A stretch of DNA of 64,000 nt from Pristiophorus japonicus (lineage: Eukaryota), in assembly GCF_044704955.1 (NCBI RefSeq), contig NC_091999.1, positions 22,196,001 to 22,260,000 on the forward strand. The letters are read 5' to 3'. The number at the start of each line of letters is the position of its first letter. Positions within the stretch are counted from its first letter, which is position 1. Shown here piece after piece: positions 50,336-64,000 of this stretch. Below the pieces are notes generated by a model. That model was not told where the DNA came from and searched no databases. It was given only the letters and a program-made list of their open reading frames with translations. Made by a program: the position numbers and the translations under genes.

Positions 50336-53300
50336 ACCCCCGCATGACAGGAACGAATAAAACAATGTCCCTGTATCAGTAATTACTGCACTAGGCCCTA
50401 CCTCAGTTATTATAGTAATAGAACTATTAATATTGTATTAGGCCCTGTCTCTTATATTACTGGAATAGGCAATGCCTTTGATCCTATTACACAAGTCCCC
50501 GTCTCTGTTAATATTAAACTAGACACGGACACTGTATATATTACTCTAGCCCCATCATTTCACTTTACTAAAATAGACAATGTCTCTGTTTCTGTTAAAT
50601 TTGACCCTGTCACCGTTATTAATGCACTAAACACTGTAACTCACAGGTCAGGTACAGCATGTACCAGATACAGAGTAAACCGACCTCTACACTGTCAAAT
50701 CGAACATTCCCAGGACAGGTAAAGTCCGGGTTAGATACAGAAAAATGGACTCTATACACAGTCCCATTAAATACTTACAAGGTAGGTACAGTACAGGTTA
50801 CATACAGTGTAAAGCTCCCGCGACTCTGTCCCATCAAACACTCCCAGGGCAGGTGCAGCACGAGTCTGATCCAGAGTAAATCGAGCTCTAAACTGTCCCA
50901 TCAAACACTGGGGCAGGTAGAGCACAGTTTAAATACTCCCAGGTAGTTTAATGCACAGGTCACATCTTGGTTTAAAGCTCCCTCTGCGCATTCCAATCAA
51001 GTTGATTCGAGGCGTAACATTAGGGTTCAAGGAAAACATTTGTTAGATTTTAATATCTAGTTGTGGGAGATGGCTAATTATCCATTCTTGAGAGACAATA
51101 GGAAACGTAGAAATAGGAGAGGGAGAGGATACAGGGAATCTCCACTGACACATTTGTGATGTTACTATATACGGTGAATAGGATCTTTCCCCATTCTGTC
51201 CATGGGTATGATTTACTTTATTCTCCTATAATTTAGAGAAATGCGCCCCAAAAAAATTTCTACTGGAATTCGTTGAGAAATTTGCATTTATTTCTCTGTT
51301 TATTTCTATGCTGTGTTGGTGGGGAAACATTTAAATTGTTTCTGTCACTCAATACTCTAATCTGGGACTTCTATTGCTGTGTTTATTTACATAACCGACA
51401 CACTGGGTCCCATGAAATGTTCATGGCAGTAAAATCAGATCAACAGAGTTATTTATTGATTCCTCTCCTCTCACAACAAGTGTTTATTTTAAAAATATTG
51501 ACAGTTGGTACAACATTAATAGAAAATTCTCCCAACAGTGAGGTTTGCTTCAGTTTTGTTCAATTAGAACAGATGTCATTCATACCAAAGGAAGATATAG
51601 TAAAATGAATAATTCAGTTCTGACAGCTCTACTGCCAAAATTAATGGAACATCTCTGAAAAGGCTGCTATTCCACTGGATCTCCATTTAGTGGAAGATTT
51701 AAACCATTGAAACTAAACAAGTAAAATGGGTGAGCAGAGGAGTGTCCTACAATCACATTAATATCTGAGCTTTTCACATATCGCAACTTGTATTTACAAA
51801 TGTTGACATTTAGAAACACCTTGCATTTATATAGTGACTTTCTTGACCTCATGATGTCCCAAATTGCTTTACAGCCAATGAATTACTTTGGAAGTGTGCT
51901 CACTGTTGTAATGTAGGAAACGCGGCAGCCAATGTGTGCACAGCAAGCTCCAACAAAGAGCATGAAATATTGATCTGATAATTTGTTTTTCAGATGTTGG
52001 TTGAAGTGTAAATATTTGCGCTGGAAACCCTGGAGAACTCATGTGCTCTTCAGTATAGTGCCAGGAATCCCTTAAATCCAACTGAGCAGAAAGTTGAATC
52101 CTCAACTTATTGTCTGCCCCGAAAGACATTATCTCTGACAGTGCAGCACTCCCTCAGTACTGGCGCCGGGCGTGTCGGCATAGATTATTGGCTCAGGTTT
52201 CTGGAGTGTGGATTAATATCTGTGACCTTCTGATTCGCAGGCCAGAGTGAACCCACTGAGCCGAGGCTTGAACATATCACAGCGTGTACTTTAAAATGTT
52301 CACATTCAGCTCATCGTGTCTGAAGTTCAGGGCCTGAGCCCAGTCTAATAGCGATCTATTTATTTTCAGGGGCGAGTTCTCTTATTTTGCCTGGGATGTC
52401 ATTCTCACACTGGGATTTCCACTGGGTCGATATAAAAGTGACACCGACTCCGCAGGGAACATCTGGATGTGCCTTAGGTAGAAGGACTCACGGAACTTGA
52501 GCTGCACCATCAAAGCAGCTGGAAGCTAGGATTGTTCTCCTTAGAGACGAGCACGTTATGGGCCACTTAATAGAGGTGTTCCAATTCATGAAGAGTTTTG
52601 ATGGGGTAAATTGGGAGATACTCCATCACTTCCCCCACCATCCCTCTCGCCATCCACTCGTCTCTCCTTCCTTCCCTCCCTTCATTCTTACCTTCGTACA
52701 TACCTCCATCCCTCCCTCTATCAATCGCTACCTTCCTGCAGCCATCCCTCCCTCCCTCCGTCCATCCCTCCACCGTTCCATCACTTCATCCCTCCCTTGC
52801 TCCAATCCACCCTCCACTCTTTCCTCCCTCAGTCCAAACGATTATTATTGTTCCCTTTGCAGAGTTTCTGCTTCCATCGATGACGATTCCCCAGCTGGAA
52901 TTTTCTGCACACAATTCCTTCAGCGGGTTTTCATATGTATTAACAAATAAGAGACAGAGCGATGGCAAATATATATATTGAAGCCCCCACCCGAAAAAAA
53001 CTGACAAGAAAAAAAATGCTTACCTTTCAGGAGAGGTAGTTGGCTGGGGAACTGTCACTGGGTCGAAGTTCTGGCTGCGGCAGTCACGATATATTTCCTT
53101 TTGTAAATAAAAAAAATAAGTTAACAATTTTTTAAAAATTTCAAGATATCGTCGGCTTTCAGCTGCTCTTTTTTCCTCCGCCATTTCGCTGTTGAGGACT
53201 GGCCAGCGCCCGCCTGGAGCTCGCTGCATTGTGTGTACGGGATGGTAGGACGCAAGCTTTCACTACGTGGCCAGACTTGGAGAAGCTGGGGTTGTTCTGC

Positions 53301-53526
53301 TTACAGCAGAGAAGGTTGAGGGGAGATTTACCAGATTGGTACCAGGGATGAATGACTGGAAACACTAGTTCAGCCCCAGCTAGAGTATTGTGTCTAAATC
53401 TGGGCACCATACTTTAGGTAGGACGTGAAGAATTCCGAGAGGATCTAGAAGAGATTTACTGGAAATGTATCAGGGATGGGGGATTGAAATTATATGGTGA
53501 GACTAGAGAAACTGGAGCTGTTCTCC

Positions 53527-54785
53527 TTAGACCAGAAAAGGTTAAGAGGTGATTTAGTAAATGATAAGAACATAAGAACATAATAAAAAAGAGCTGGAGT
53601 CGGCCATACGGCCCCTCGAGCCTTTTGCGCCACTCAATACAATCATGGCTGATCTGACCATGGACTGATCTCCACTTCCCCGTCCGCTCCCCATAAACCC
53701 TTATCCCATTATCGTTTAAGAAACGATCAAATCTGTCTTAAATTTATTCAATATCCCACTTCCACAGCTCTCTGCAGCAGCGAATTCCACAAACTTACAA
53801 CTCTCTGAGAGAAGAAATTTCTCCTCATATCTGTTTTCAATGGGTGCCCCCATTCTAAGATCGTGCCCTCTAGTTCTAGTCTGCCCCATCAGTGGAAACA
53901 TCCTCTCTGCATCCACTTTGTCAAGCCCCTTCATAATCTTATACGTTTCGATAAGATCACCTCTCATTCTTCTGAATTCCAATGAGTAGAGACCCAACCT
54001 AATCAACCTTTCCTCATAAGTCAAACTCCTCATCCCCAGAATCAACCTAGTGAAACTTCTCTGAACTGCCTGCAAAGCCAGTAAATCCTTTTGTAAATAC
54101 GGAAACAAAAACTGCACGCAGTATTCCAGATGTGGCCTCAGCAATACCTTACATAGGTGTAGCATGACTTCCCTGCTTTTATACTCCATCCCCTTTGCAA
54201 TGAAGACCAAAATTCCATTGGCCTTCCTGATCACTTGCTATACCTGCATACTATCCTTTTGTGTTTCATGCACAAGTAACCCCAGGTCCCGCTGTACTGC
54301 GGCACATTGCAATCTATCTCCATTTAAATAATAATGCTGTTTATTTTCTTTCGGCCAAAGTGCATGACCTCTCATTTTACAACATCATACTCCATCTGGC
54401 AATTTTTTTCTCACTTACTTGGCCTGTCTATGTCTTTTTGCAGATTTCTTGTATCCTCCTCACACACTACTTTTCCTTCCATCTGTTTATCGCCAGCAAA
54501 CTTGGCTACCTTACACTCAGTCCCTTATTCCAAGTAGCAAATGTTGATTGTAATTAGTTGAGGTCGCAGCACTGATCCCTGCGGCATGCCACTAGTTACT
54601 GGTTGCCAACCAGAGAATGGACCATTTGTCCCGACTCTCTGTTCTTTGTTCCAATCCTCTATGCATGGTAATATATTACCCCCAGCCCCGTGATCTTTTA
54701 TCATGTGCAGTAACCTTTTATGTGGCACTTTGTCAAATGCTTTCTGGAAGTCCAAAGAACCCTATCCAATGGTTCCCCTTTATCC
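53527..54785 (-). mobile_element. Older CR1 (minus strand), interrupted by the full-length CR1; continues at 59396-59560
   Basis: DFQKAFDKVPH, GMPQGSVL, HLEYCVQF; host sequence cccctttatcc|accctgttcg is split by the insertion. Confidence 0.9.
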
Positions 54786-57700
54786 GAGAGGCAGCGGGAG
54801 TTCGTGGTCGCTGAGGCGTGAGTCCGGGGATCGGCAGAGGCCTATCAAAGGCCGCGAGAGGCAGCGGAAGTTCGTGGTCGCTGAGGCGTGAGTCTTGGGA
54901 TCAGCAGCGCCTTATAAAAGGCCGCGAGAGGCAGCGGGAGGTCGTGGTTGCTGAGGCCTGAGTCCGGGGATCAGCAGAGGCCTATCAACGCCGCGAGAGT
55001 TCGTGGTCGCTGAGGCGTGAGTCTGGGGATCAGCAGAGGCCTATAAAGACCGCGAGAGTCAGCGGGAGTCCGGGGATCAGCAGAGGCTTTTAAAGGCCGC
55101 GAGAGGCAGCGCGAGTCCGCGGATCAGCACAGGCCTATAAATGCAGCGGGAGTCCGTGGTCACTGAGGCGTGAGTCCGGGGATCAGCAGAGGCCTATACA
55201 GGCGTACTTGTACAGCTACAGGGAGAAGGAAAAAAAGGAACAGAAATTTGATGTCACAGCCTAGGAGGTAAGTGATTGACTGGTGATTGGTGAGTAGCTT
55301 TGCTTTTTCTTTTTTTTTATCAGTCAGTAACTTATAACATTGTTGTTGACAATTTAAGTGTATCTAAGTGTTAATTCATGGCAGGAGAGCTCGCTTGGGT
55401 GTAATGCTCCTGCTGTACCATGTGGGAACTCAGGGACACTTCCGGTGTCCCTGACGACTATGTGTGCGGGAAGTGTAACCGCCTCCAGCTCCTGAAGGAC
55501 CGCGTTGCGGAATTGGAGCTGAGGGTGAATTCACTCTGGAGCATCCGCGATTCTGAGAATGACGTGAGTAGCACGTGTAGCGAGTTGGTCTTACCGCAGG
55601 AGAAGGGTCCACAGCCAGATAGGGAATGGAAGACCAGCAGGAAGAGTAGTGCAAGGAAGGTAGTGCAGGGGTCCCCTGTGGTCATCCCCCTGCAAAACAG
55701 ATATACTGCTTTGAGTGCTGTTGGGGGGGATGACTCATCAGGCGAGGGCAGCAGCAGCCAAGTTCATGGCACCGTGGCTGGCTCTGTTGCACAGGAGAGC
55801 ACGAAAAAGAATGGGAGAGCGATAGTGATAGCGGATTCGATTGTGAGGGGAATAGATAGGCGTTTCTGCGGCCGCAACTGAGACTCCTGGATGGTATGTT
55901 GTCTCCCTGGTGCAAGGGTCAAAGATGTCTTGGAGAGGGTGCAGGACATTCTAAAAAGGGAGGGAGAACAGCCAGTTGTCGTGGTGCACATTGGTACCAA
56001 CGACATAGGTAAAAAGAGGGATGAGGTCCTACGAAACGAATTTAAGGAGCTAGGAGCTAAATTAAAAAGTAGGACCTCAAAAGTAGTAATCTCGGGATGC
56101 TACTAGTGTCACGTGCTAGTCAGAGTAGTAATCGCAGGATAGCGCAGATGAATACGTGGCTTGAGCAGAGGTGCAGCAGGGAGGGATTCAAATTCCTGGG
56201 GCATTGGAACCGGTTCTGGGGAAGGTGGGGCCAGGACAAACCGGACGGTCTGCACGTGGGCAGGACCGGAACCAATGTCCTCGGGGGAGTGTTTGCTAGT
56301 GCTGTTGGGGAGGAGTTAAACTAATATGGCACTGGGATGGGAACCAATGCAGGGAGACAGAGGGAAACAAAAAGGAAGCAAAAGCAAAAGACAGAAAGGA
56401 GATGAGGAAAAGTGGAGGACAGAGAAACCCAAGGCAAAAAACAAAAATGGCTACTGTACAGCTAAATTCTAAAAGGACAAAGGGTGTGAAAAAAACAAGC
56501 CTGAAGGCTTTGTGTCTTAATGCAAGGAGTATCCGCAATAAGGTGGATGAATTAACTGCGCAAAAAGATGTTAACAAATATGGTGCGATTTGGATTACGG
56601 AGACGTGGCACCAGGATGATCAGGGCTGGGAACTCAACATCCAGGGGTATTCAACATTCAGGAAGGATAGAATAAAAGGAAAAGGAGGTGGAGTAGCATT
56701 GCTGGTAAAAGAGGAGATTAATGCAATTGTTCGGAAAGACATTAGCTTGGATGATGTGGAATCTATAAGGGTAGAGCTGCAGAACACCAAAGGGCAAAAA
56801 ACGTTAGTGGGCTTTGTGTACAGACCTCCAAACAGTAGTAGTGATGTCGGGGAGGGCATAAAACAGGAAATTAGGGGTGCATGCAATAAAGGTGCAGCAG
56901 TTATAATGGGTGACTTTAATATGAACATAGATTGGGCTAGCCAAACTAGAAGCAATACGGTGGAGGAGGATTTCCTGGAGTGCAGAAGGAATGGTTTTCT
57001 AGACCAATATGTCGAGGAACCAACTAGGGGGGAGGTCAGCTTCGACTGGGTGTTGTGTAATGAGAGGGGATTAATTAGCAATCTCATTGTACGAGAACCC
57101 TTGGGGAAGAATGACCATAATATGGTGGAATTCTGCATTAGAATGGAGAATGAAACAGTTAATTCAGAGACCATGCTCCAGCACTTAAAGAAGGGTAACT
57201 TTGAAGGGATGAGGTGTGAATTGGCTAGGATAGATTGGCGAATGATACTTAAGGGGTTGACTGTGGATGGGCAATGGCAGACATTTAGCGACCGCATGGA
57301 TGAACTACAACAATTGTACATTCCTGTCTGGCGTAAAAATAAAAAAGGGAAGGTGGCTCAACCGTGGCTATCAAGGGAAATCAGGGATAGTATTAAAGCC
57401 AAGGAAGTGGCATACAAATTGGCCAGAAATAGCAGCGCACCCGGGGACTAGGAGAAATTTAGAACTCAGCAGAGGAGGAGAAAGGAGTTGATTAGGGCAG
57501 GGCAAATGGAGTACGAGAAGAAGCTTGCAGGAAACATTAAGGCAGATTGCAAAAGTTTCTATAGATATGTAAAGAGAAAAAGGTTAGTAAAGACAAACGT
57601 AGGTCCCCTGCAGTCAGAATCAGGGGATGTCATAACTGGGATCAAAGAAATGGCAGACCAATTAAACAGGTACTTTGGTTCGGTATTCACTAAGGAGGAC

Positions 57701-59395
57701 ACAAACAACTGTCCGGATAAAAAAGGGGTCAGAGGGTCTAGTAAGGAGGAGGAACTGAGAGAAATCTTTATTAGTTGGGAAATTATGTTGGGGAAATTGA
57801 TGGGATCGACGGCCGATAAATCCCCAGGGCCTGATGGACTGCATGCCAGAGTACTTAAGGAGGTGGCCTTGGAAATAGCAGATGCATTGACAGTCATTTT
57901 CCAACATTCCATTGACTCTGGATCAGTTCATATCGAGTGGAGGGTAAATAATGTAACCCCACTTTATAAAAAAGGAGGGAGAGAGAAAACAGGGAATTAT
58001 AGACCGGTCAGCCTGACCTCAGTAGTGGGTAAAATGATGGAATCAATTATTAAGGATGTCATAGCAGCGCATTTGGAAAGAGGTGACATGATACGTCCAA
58101 GTCAGCATGGATTTGTGAAAGGGAAATCATGATTCACAAATCTTATGGAATTTTTTGAGGATGTTTCCAGTAAAGTGGACAAGGGAGAACCAGTTGATGT
58201 GGTATATTTGGACTTTCAGAAGGCTTTCGACAAGGTCCGACACAAGAGATTATTGTGCAAAGTAAAAGCACATGGGATTGGGGGTAGTGTGCTGACGTGG
58301 ATTGAGAACTGGTTGTCCGACAGGAAGCAAAGAGTAGGAGTAAATGAGTACTTTTCAGAATGGCAGGCAGTGACTAGTGGGGTACCGCAAGGTTATGTGC
58401 TGGGGCCCCAGGTGTCTACACTGTACATTAATGATTTAGACGAGGGGATTAAATGTAGTATCTCCAAATTTGTGGATGACACTAAGTTGGGTGGCAGTGT
58501 GAGCTGCGAGGAGGATGCTATGAGGCTGCAGAGTGACTTGGATAGGTTAGGTGAGTGGGAAAATGCATGGCAGATGAAGTATAATGTGGATAAATGTGAG
58601 GTTATCCACTTTGGTGGTAAAAAGAGAGACAGAATATTATCTGAATGGTGACAGATTAGGAAAAGGGCAGGTGCAACAAGATCTGGGTGTCATGGTACAT
58701 CAGTCATTCAAGGTTGGCATGCAGTACATCAGTCGGTTAAGAAAGCAAATGGCATGTTGGCCTTCATAGCGAAGGGATTTGAGTACAGGGGCAGGGAGGT
58801 GTTGCTACAGTTGTACTGGGCCTTGGTGAGGCCACACCTGGAGTATTGTGTACAGTTTTGGTCTCCTAACTTGAGGGACATTCTTGCTATTGAGGGAGTG
58901 CAGCGAAGGTTCACCAGACTGATTCCAGGGATGGTGGGACTGATCTACCAAGAAAGACTGGATCAACTGGGCTTGTATTCACTGGAATTCACAAGAATGA
59001 GAGGGGACGTCATAGAAACGTTTAAAATTCTGACGGGTTTCGACAGATTAGATGCAGGAAGAATGTTCCCAAAGTTGAAGTCCAGAACCAGGGGTCACAG
59101 TCTAAGAATAAGGGGTAAGCCATTTACGACTGAGATGAGGAGAAACGTATTCACCCAGAGAGTGGTGAACCTGTGGAACTCTCTGCCACAGAAAGTTGTT
59201 GAGGCCAATTCACTCAATATATTCAAAAGGGAGTTAGATGGAGTCCTTCCTACTCGGGTGATCAAGGGGAATGGCGAGAAAGCAGGAATGGGGTACTGAA
59301 GTTGCATGTTCAGCCATGAACTCATTGAATGGTGGTGCAGGCTAGAAGGGCTGAATGGCCTACTCCTGCACCTGTTTTCTATGTTTCTATGTTTC
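54786..59395 (+). mobile_element. Full-length, inactivated CR1 LINE: 70-bp tandem-repeat 5' UTR, ORF1 (Zn finger/zipper plus SGNH esterase), ORF2 (APE endonuclease plus RT), (TTCTATGT)n tail
   Basis: ORF1 ~55378-56324: CxxC..CGKC, IADSIVRG, PGARV, HIGTND, DGLH. ORF2 ~56402-59299: LNARSI, ITETW, YRPP, GDFN, NDH, GVPQG, FVDD. Several stops/frameshifts; TSD tatcc at 54781-85 and 59396-400. Confidence 0.96.
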
Positions 59396-59889
59396 TATCC
59401 ACCCTGTTCGCTACATACTCAACGAACGCCGGAAAATTTGTCAAACACGACTTCCCCTTCATAAATCCATGGTGACTCTGCCTCACCGAATTTTGTTTTT
59501 CCAAATGTACTGCTACTGCTTCTTATTTAATGGACTCCGACAATTCCCAACCAATATTAGACCCAAGCATGAGGGACTTCAGTTAATGTGTAGAGACTGC
59601 AAAATATGGGATTGTTCTCCTTGGAGGAGCGAAGTCTAAGAAGAGATTTGATAAAGCTGTTTAAAATCATCAACGGTTTAGATATAGAGAAAATAAATAT
59701 AAACTGTTTCAGATGTATGGTGATTAACAAAAGAACCAGAGGCGATATTTGGACGAAATTTTCGATGCAACCACTGGTTAGGATTTGTAATGTACTGCCT
59801 GATAGGGTGGTAGATACAGACTCAATCGTTTCCTTCAAAACGAAATTGTACAAATACTTGAAGTAGGAAAAAAGCAAGGGATATAGGGA

Positions 59890-61430
59890 ACATGTCGCCA
59901 AGAAACTTACAAACTCGAATTTTGCTGTGCAACTCGAGGTGTCCACCGACATTAGTGATCAATGTTAGCATTTGCTCGCTTCATTCATGAAAACGAGATA
60001 TTTAACCGATTTCTGTGCTGAATAGAACTCCCGGAAAATACTAGAGGTGAAGACATATTTGATTCCGTGAATTCTTATTTAGAAGACTTGGACATTTCAT
60101 GGGACTCATGTGTTGGAATCTGCATGGACGGTGTTCAGTCTATGGTGGGATTTGTCAAAGGATTCATTACGCTTGCAAAAAAACATAATTCAAATATATT
60201 ATTCACCCAATGCTTTTTGCATAGAGAAGCACTTGTTACAAAGACATTACTGCTAGAATTAAAATCTCTGTTCGATCAAGTTGTTAATATCATAAATTAT
60301 ATGAAATAAAGACCTTTAAAAACTTGCATGTTTAAACAGCTCTGCAAAGTGATGGATGCAGAGCACGAATGTTTACTTTTGCATACAGAGGTAAAATGGC
60401 TTTCAAGGGGAAAAGTCTTAAATCGTGTATTTGAACTTAAAGAATAATTGTCAGTATTATTTGAAAAAGAAGGAAATGATACATTTTGCAAATACCTTAA
60501 GAGTGAAATGTGGTGTGCTAAGTTGGCATATTTGGCAGCTATAGTTAATTGTGGAAAAGCGTTAATACCAGTATGCAAGGGCGAAATGAAAATATTCTCA
60601 CCTCCACAGACAAACTATTAGCTTTTCAGAAAAACATTTCTACCTAGAAAAAGATAGCAACAGAAACAAAATCTTGAAATGTTCCCTTTGATACCAAATC
60701 ACAGTGTTAAAAAGGTTGCACCTATTGTGATAGAGCATTTGGCATCACTGGAAGACAACATCAAAAAATATTTTCCATCTTTGGATGTAGAGAATATGAT
60801 TGGGTAAGAAATCCACTTTCTCCAACTAGCACGTCAGAGTTTGATTTTACATTGCAAGAAGAAGAAAAACTGACTTCCATTTCGACAGACATAGCCTTAA
60901 AATGAAACCTTCAGATATGTCTCTTGATGCTTTCTGGATTTCTATTAAAGAAGAATATCCTGCAATATTAAAAAAAGCTTTGATAATTCTGATGCAGTTT
61001 TCAACGTCTCTGCGAATTAGGATTCTCAACTCTTACGAATATCAAATGCAAAAAAAGGGAAAAACTTAGCGAACTTGAACACGAAATGAGAGAGGCCTTA
61101 TCGGTTATATGCCCTAATATTAGTGACATATCCAAAAAAACGTCAGGCACAAGTATCATATCAAAATACTAATTAATCTCTAATTAACGTGAGTAATTAT
61201 TATTATAGTTTATTATTTTATTGTTACATTCAGAATAAAAAATAATTAATAACATACATGTGTACAATGTTGTATATCTTCATATACTGTGATTAATAAA
61301 ATGTTTTTTAAATTTTCTGAAACTTGCTTATTTTAAACTTTGTGTTCACATTTTAAGCCCTTCAAGTGTGCCACCAAAAATTCTAGTATACAAAAGTGTG
61401 TCGCTAACACAAAAAGGTGGAGAACCACTG
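59890..61430 (+). mobile_element. 5'-truncated hAT DNA transposon (Charlie/Buster-like transposase remnant)
   Basis: [32 protein letters not shown] motifs; right end ...aaaaaggtggagaaccactg (rc CAGTGGTTCTC) followed by the 8-mer gtttagat. Confidence 0.88.
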
Positions 61431-63760
61431 GTTTAGATAGAGTAAATTAATAGAAATGGATTCAGATGTAAGGTGATTGACAAAAGAACCAGAGGCGATA
61501 TTTGGACGAAACGTTCCATGCAACCACTGGTTAGGATTTGGGTTGTACTGCCTGATAGGGTGGTAGATATAGATTCAATAGTTGCCCTTAAAATGAAAGT
61601 GTACAAATACTTGAAGGAGGAAAAAATGCAGGGATATAGGGAAAGTGCGCGGGAGTGGGGCTAACGGGATTGCTCTTCGAAAGAGCCGGCGTAGACTCTA
61701 TGGGCTGTATTGTCACCTTCTGTGCCATACTAATCTATCAGTGACCAGAACACGGTTGAATTTCAAGTTCAGTTAGAGAGTGCGAGAGTTGGTTCTCAAA
61801 CCACTGTACAAACCTTAAAAAAAAAGGAGGCTACAAAGGTCTGAGGGCAGTAATTGCTAATGCGGACTGGGAAAATAGATAAAAGTATGGGACGGTTGAT
61901 GAGCAGTGCCAGACATTTAATTGGATATTTCATAATTCGCAACAAAAAGATATCCCAATGAGAAGGTAAGACTGCAAGAGAGTAGATAACAATCCGTGGC
62001 TAACTAAGGAAATAAGAGATGGTACCTAATTGGAAACAAAGGAATACAGTCTGGCCAAGACTAGTGGGAGGCCAGAGGATTGGGAAACTTTTAAAAGCCA
62101 GCAAAGAACAACTTAACAAATGATAAAGTGAGGGAAGATAGGTTATGAAAGTAAACTAGCGCAAAATAGAAAAACAGATAGTAAAAGTTTCTACAGGTAC
62201 ATTACAAGCAAAAGTGAGGTTAACGTAAATGTTGGTCATCAAACGGATGAGACTGGGGAATTAATAATGGAGAACAGGGAAATGACAGAGACGTTGATCA
62301 AATATTTTGTATCGGTCTTCATGGTAGCAGACACTGCACACATCCAAATTGTGGAAAATCAAGGGGCTATATGGAGGAAGGAATTTATTACAATCTCTAT
62401 CATTAATGAAGTCATACTCGGTAAAATAATGGGACTAAAGGCGGACAAGTCCCCAGGGCCTGATGGGTTACACACCATGGTCCTAAAAGAAGTGGCTGCA
62501 GAGATAGTGGCTGCATTGGTTGTAATCTACTAAAATTTCTTAATTCTGCGGCGGTCCCAGCGGATTGGAAAACTGCAAATGTAGTGCCCCTATTTAAAAA
62601 AAAAAAAAAATAGTCAGACAAAAAGCAAGAAACTATAGACCAGTGAGCGGAACATCTGTCATTGAGACAATGGTGGAATCTGTTAAGGAAGCAATAGCGG
62701 GAAATTTGGAAAAGCAAAATTCAATCAAGCAGAGTCAGCGTAGTTTCATGAACGGGACGACATGATTGAAAAATTTGCTGGAGATCTTTGAGGATGAAAC
62801 GAGCAGGGTGGATTAGGGGGATCCAGTGGATGTGGTGTATTTGGATTTCCAGAAGTCTTCGATATGGTGCCACATAAAAGATTACTGCACAAGATAAAAG
62901 TTCTCGGGGTGGAGGGCAATATATTGGCATGGATAGATGATTGGCTAACTAACTGATTGGAGGGTCGGGATAAATGGGTCAATTTCCGGATGGCAAACAT
63001 TATCTCGTGGTGTGCCGCAGGCATCGGTGGTGGAACCTCAACTATTTACAATCGATAGTAATGAATTGGATGAAGGGACCTAATGTAATGTAGCCAAGCT
63101 TTGAGACGATAAAAAGAAGGGTGGGAAAGAAAATTGTGAGGAGGGCACCAATAATCTGTAAAGGGATATTGATAGACTAAGTGAGTGGGCAATAATCTGC
63201 AGGATATTGGTGAAGCCACATCTAGAGTACTGCATCCAGTATTGGTCTCTGTATTTAAGGAAGGATGTACCTGCATTCCAGCGAAGGTTGATTCGGGAGA
63301 TGAGGGTGTTGAATTATGAAGATAGTTTGAGTAGGTTGGGCCGATAGACATTGGAGTTCAGAAGAATGAGAGGTGATCTTATTGCAAATTATAAGATAAT
63401 GAGCGTACTCGACAACGTGAATGCAGAGAGGATACTTCCACTTATAGGGGAAAACAAAACTAGGGGACATAGTCTTAGAAAAACTAGCTGCGCATTTAAA
63501 ACTGAGCTAACGGGGAATTTCTTCGCTCAGAGGGATGTAAATCTATGGAATTCTCAGCCCCAGAGAGTTGTGCAGGCTAGGCCATTGAATATATTTAAGG
63601 CGGAGATAGAAAAGTCTTTGAGTGATAAGAGAATAAAGGGTTATGGGGATCGGGCAGCGAAGTGGAGCTGAGTCCATGATCAGATCAGCCATGATCTTAT
63701 TAAATGATGAGCAGGTTCGAGGGGCCAGTGGCCTACTCCTGTTCCTATTTCTTATGTTCT
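61431..63760 (+). mobile_element. Degenerate CR1 fragments, homologous to 42.9-44.9 kb
   Basis: KSPGPDGLH, RMRGDLI...WNS; shares an internal deletion with the 44.6-kb copy. Confidence 0.85.
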
Positions 63761-64000
63761 TTTGTTTACATTACACTCGGCACTGTTTCTCTGAAATTGC
63801 ACTAGACCCTGTCTCTGTTTATATTACACTAGACCCTGTCACTGTTTATTTACACTAGACCCTGTCTCTGTTTGTATTACACTAGACACTGTCTCTGTTT
63901 ATATTACACTAGACCCTGTCGCTGTTTAAATTACACTAGACCCTGTGTCTCTTTCCGATATGATAGACTCTGTCTCCCTTTGTTACACTAGGCCCTTTAT

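Noticed and set aside
55378-59299. Active retrotransposon or domesticated gene
   Set aside because: Multiple in-frame stops and frameshifts in both ORF1 and ORF2.

Overview
Eukaryotic (cartilaginous fish, shark-like) genomic DNA. The first ~17 kb holds one apparently intact immunoglobulin mu heavy-chain cluster on the minus strand: octamer-less promoter, leader exon (16703-16658), VH exon (16532-16228) with a 23-bp-spacer RSS, a D/J segment, Cmu1-Cmu4 with secretory tailpiece and poly(A) signal. No transmembrane exons were found in the window. The cluster is not the usual V-D1-D2-J arrangement: a single 12-bp-spacer RSS leads directly into a 65-nt D+J-like coding block with no internal RSS. 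This points to a partially germline-joined V-(D)DJ heavy chain that would rearrange in one step, like a light chain. Upstream (18-64 kb) is mostly CR1 LINE debris, a 27-bp satellite, Deu-domain SINEs, one nested full-length but inactivated CR1 and a hAT (Charlie/Buster-like) remnant. These sit within an old tandem segmental duplication with at least 3 partial units. Two units carry a degenerate, apparently non-rearranging V-set Ig-superfamily domain, preceded by a TCR-Vbeta-type decamer at about the same spacing as in the VH promoter. Three N gaps limit certainty about linkage and about the 5' part of those V-like genes. Repeat boundaries are approximate (by eye).
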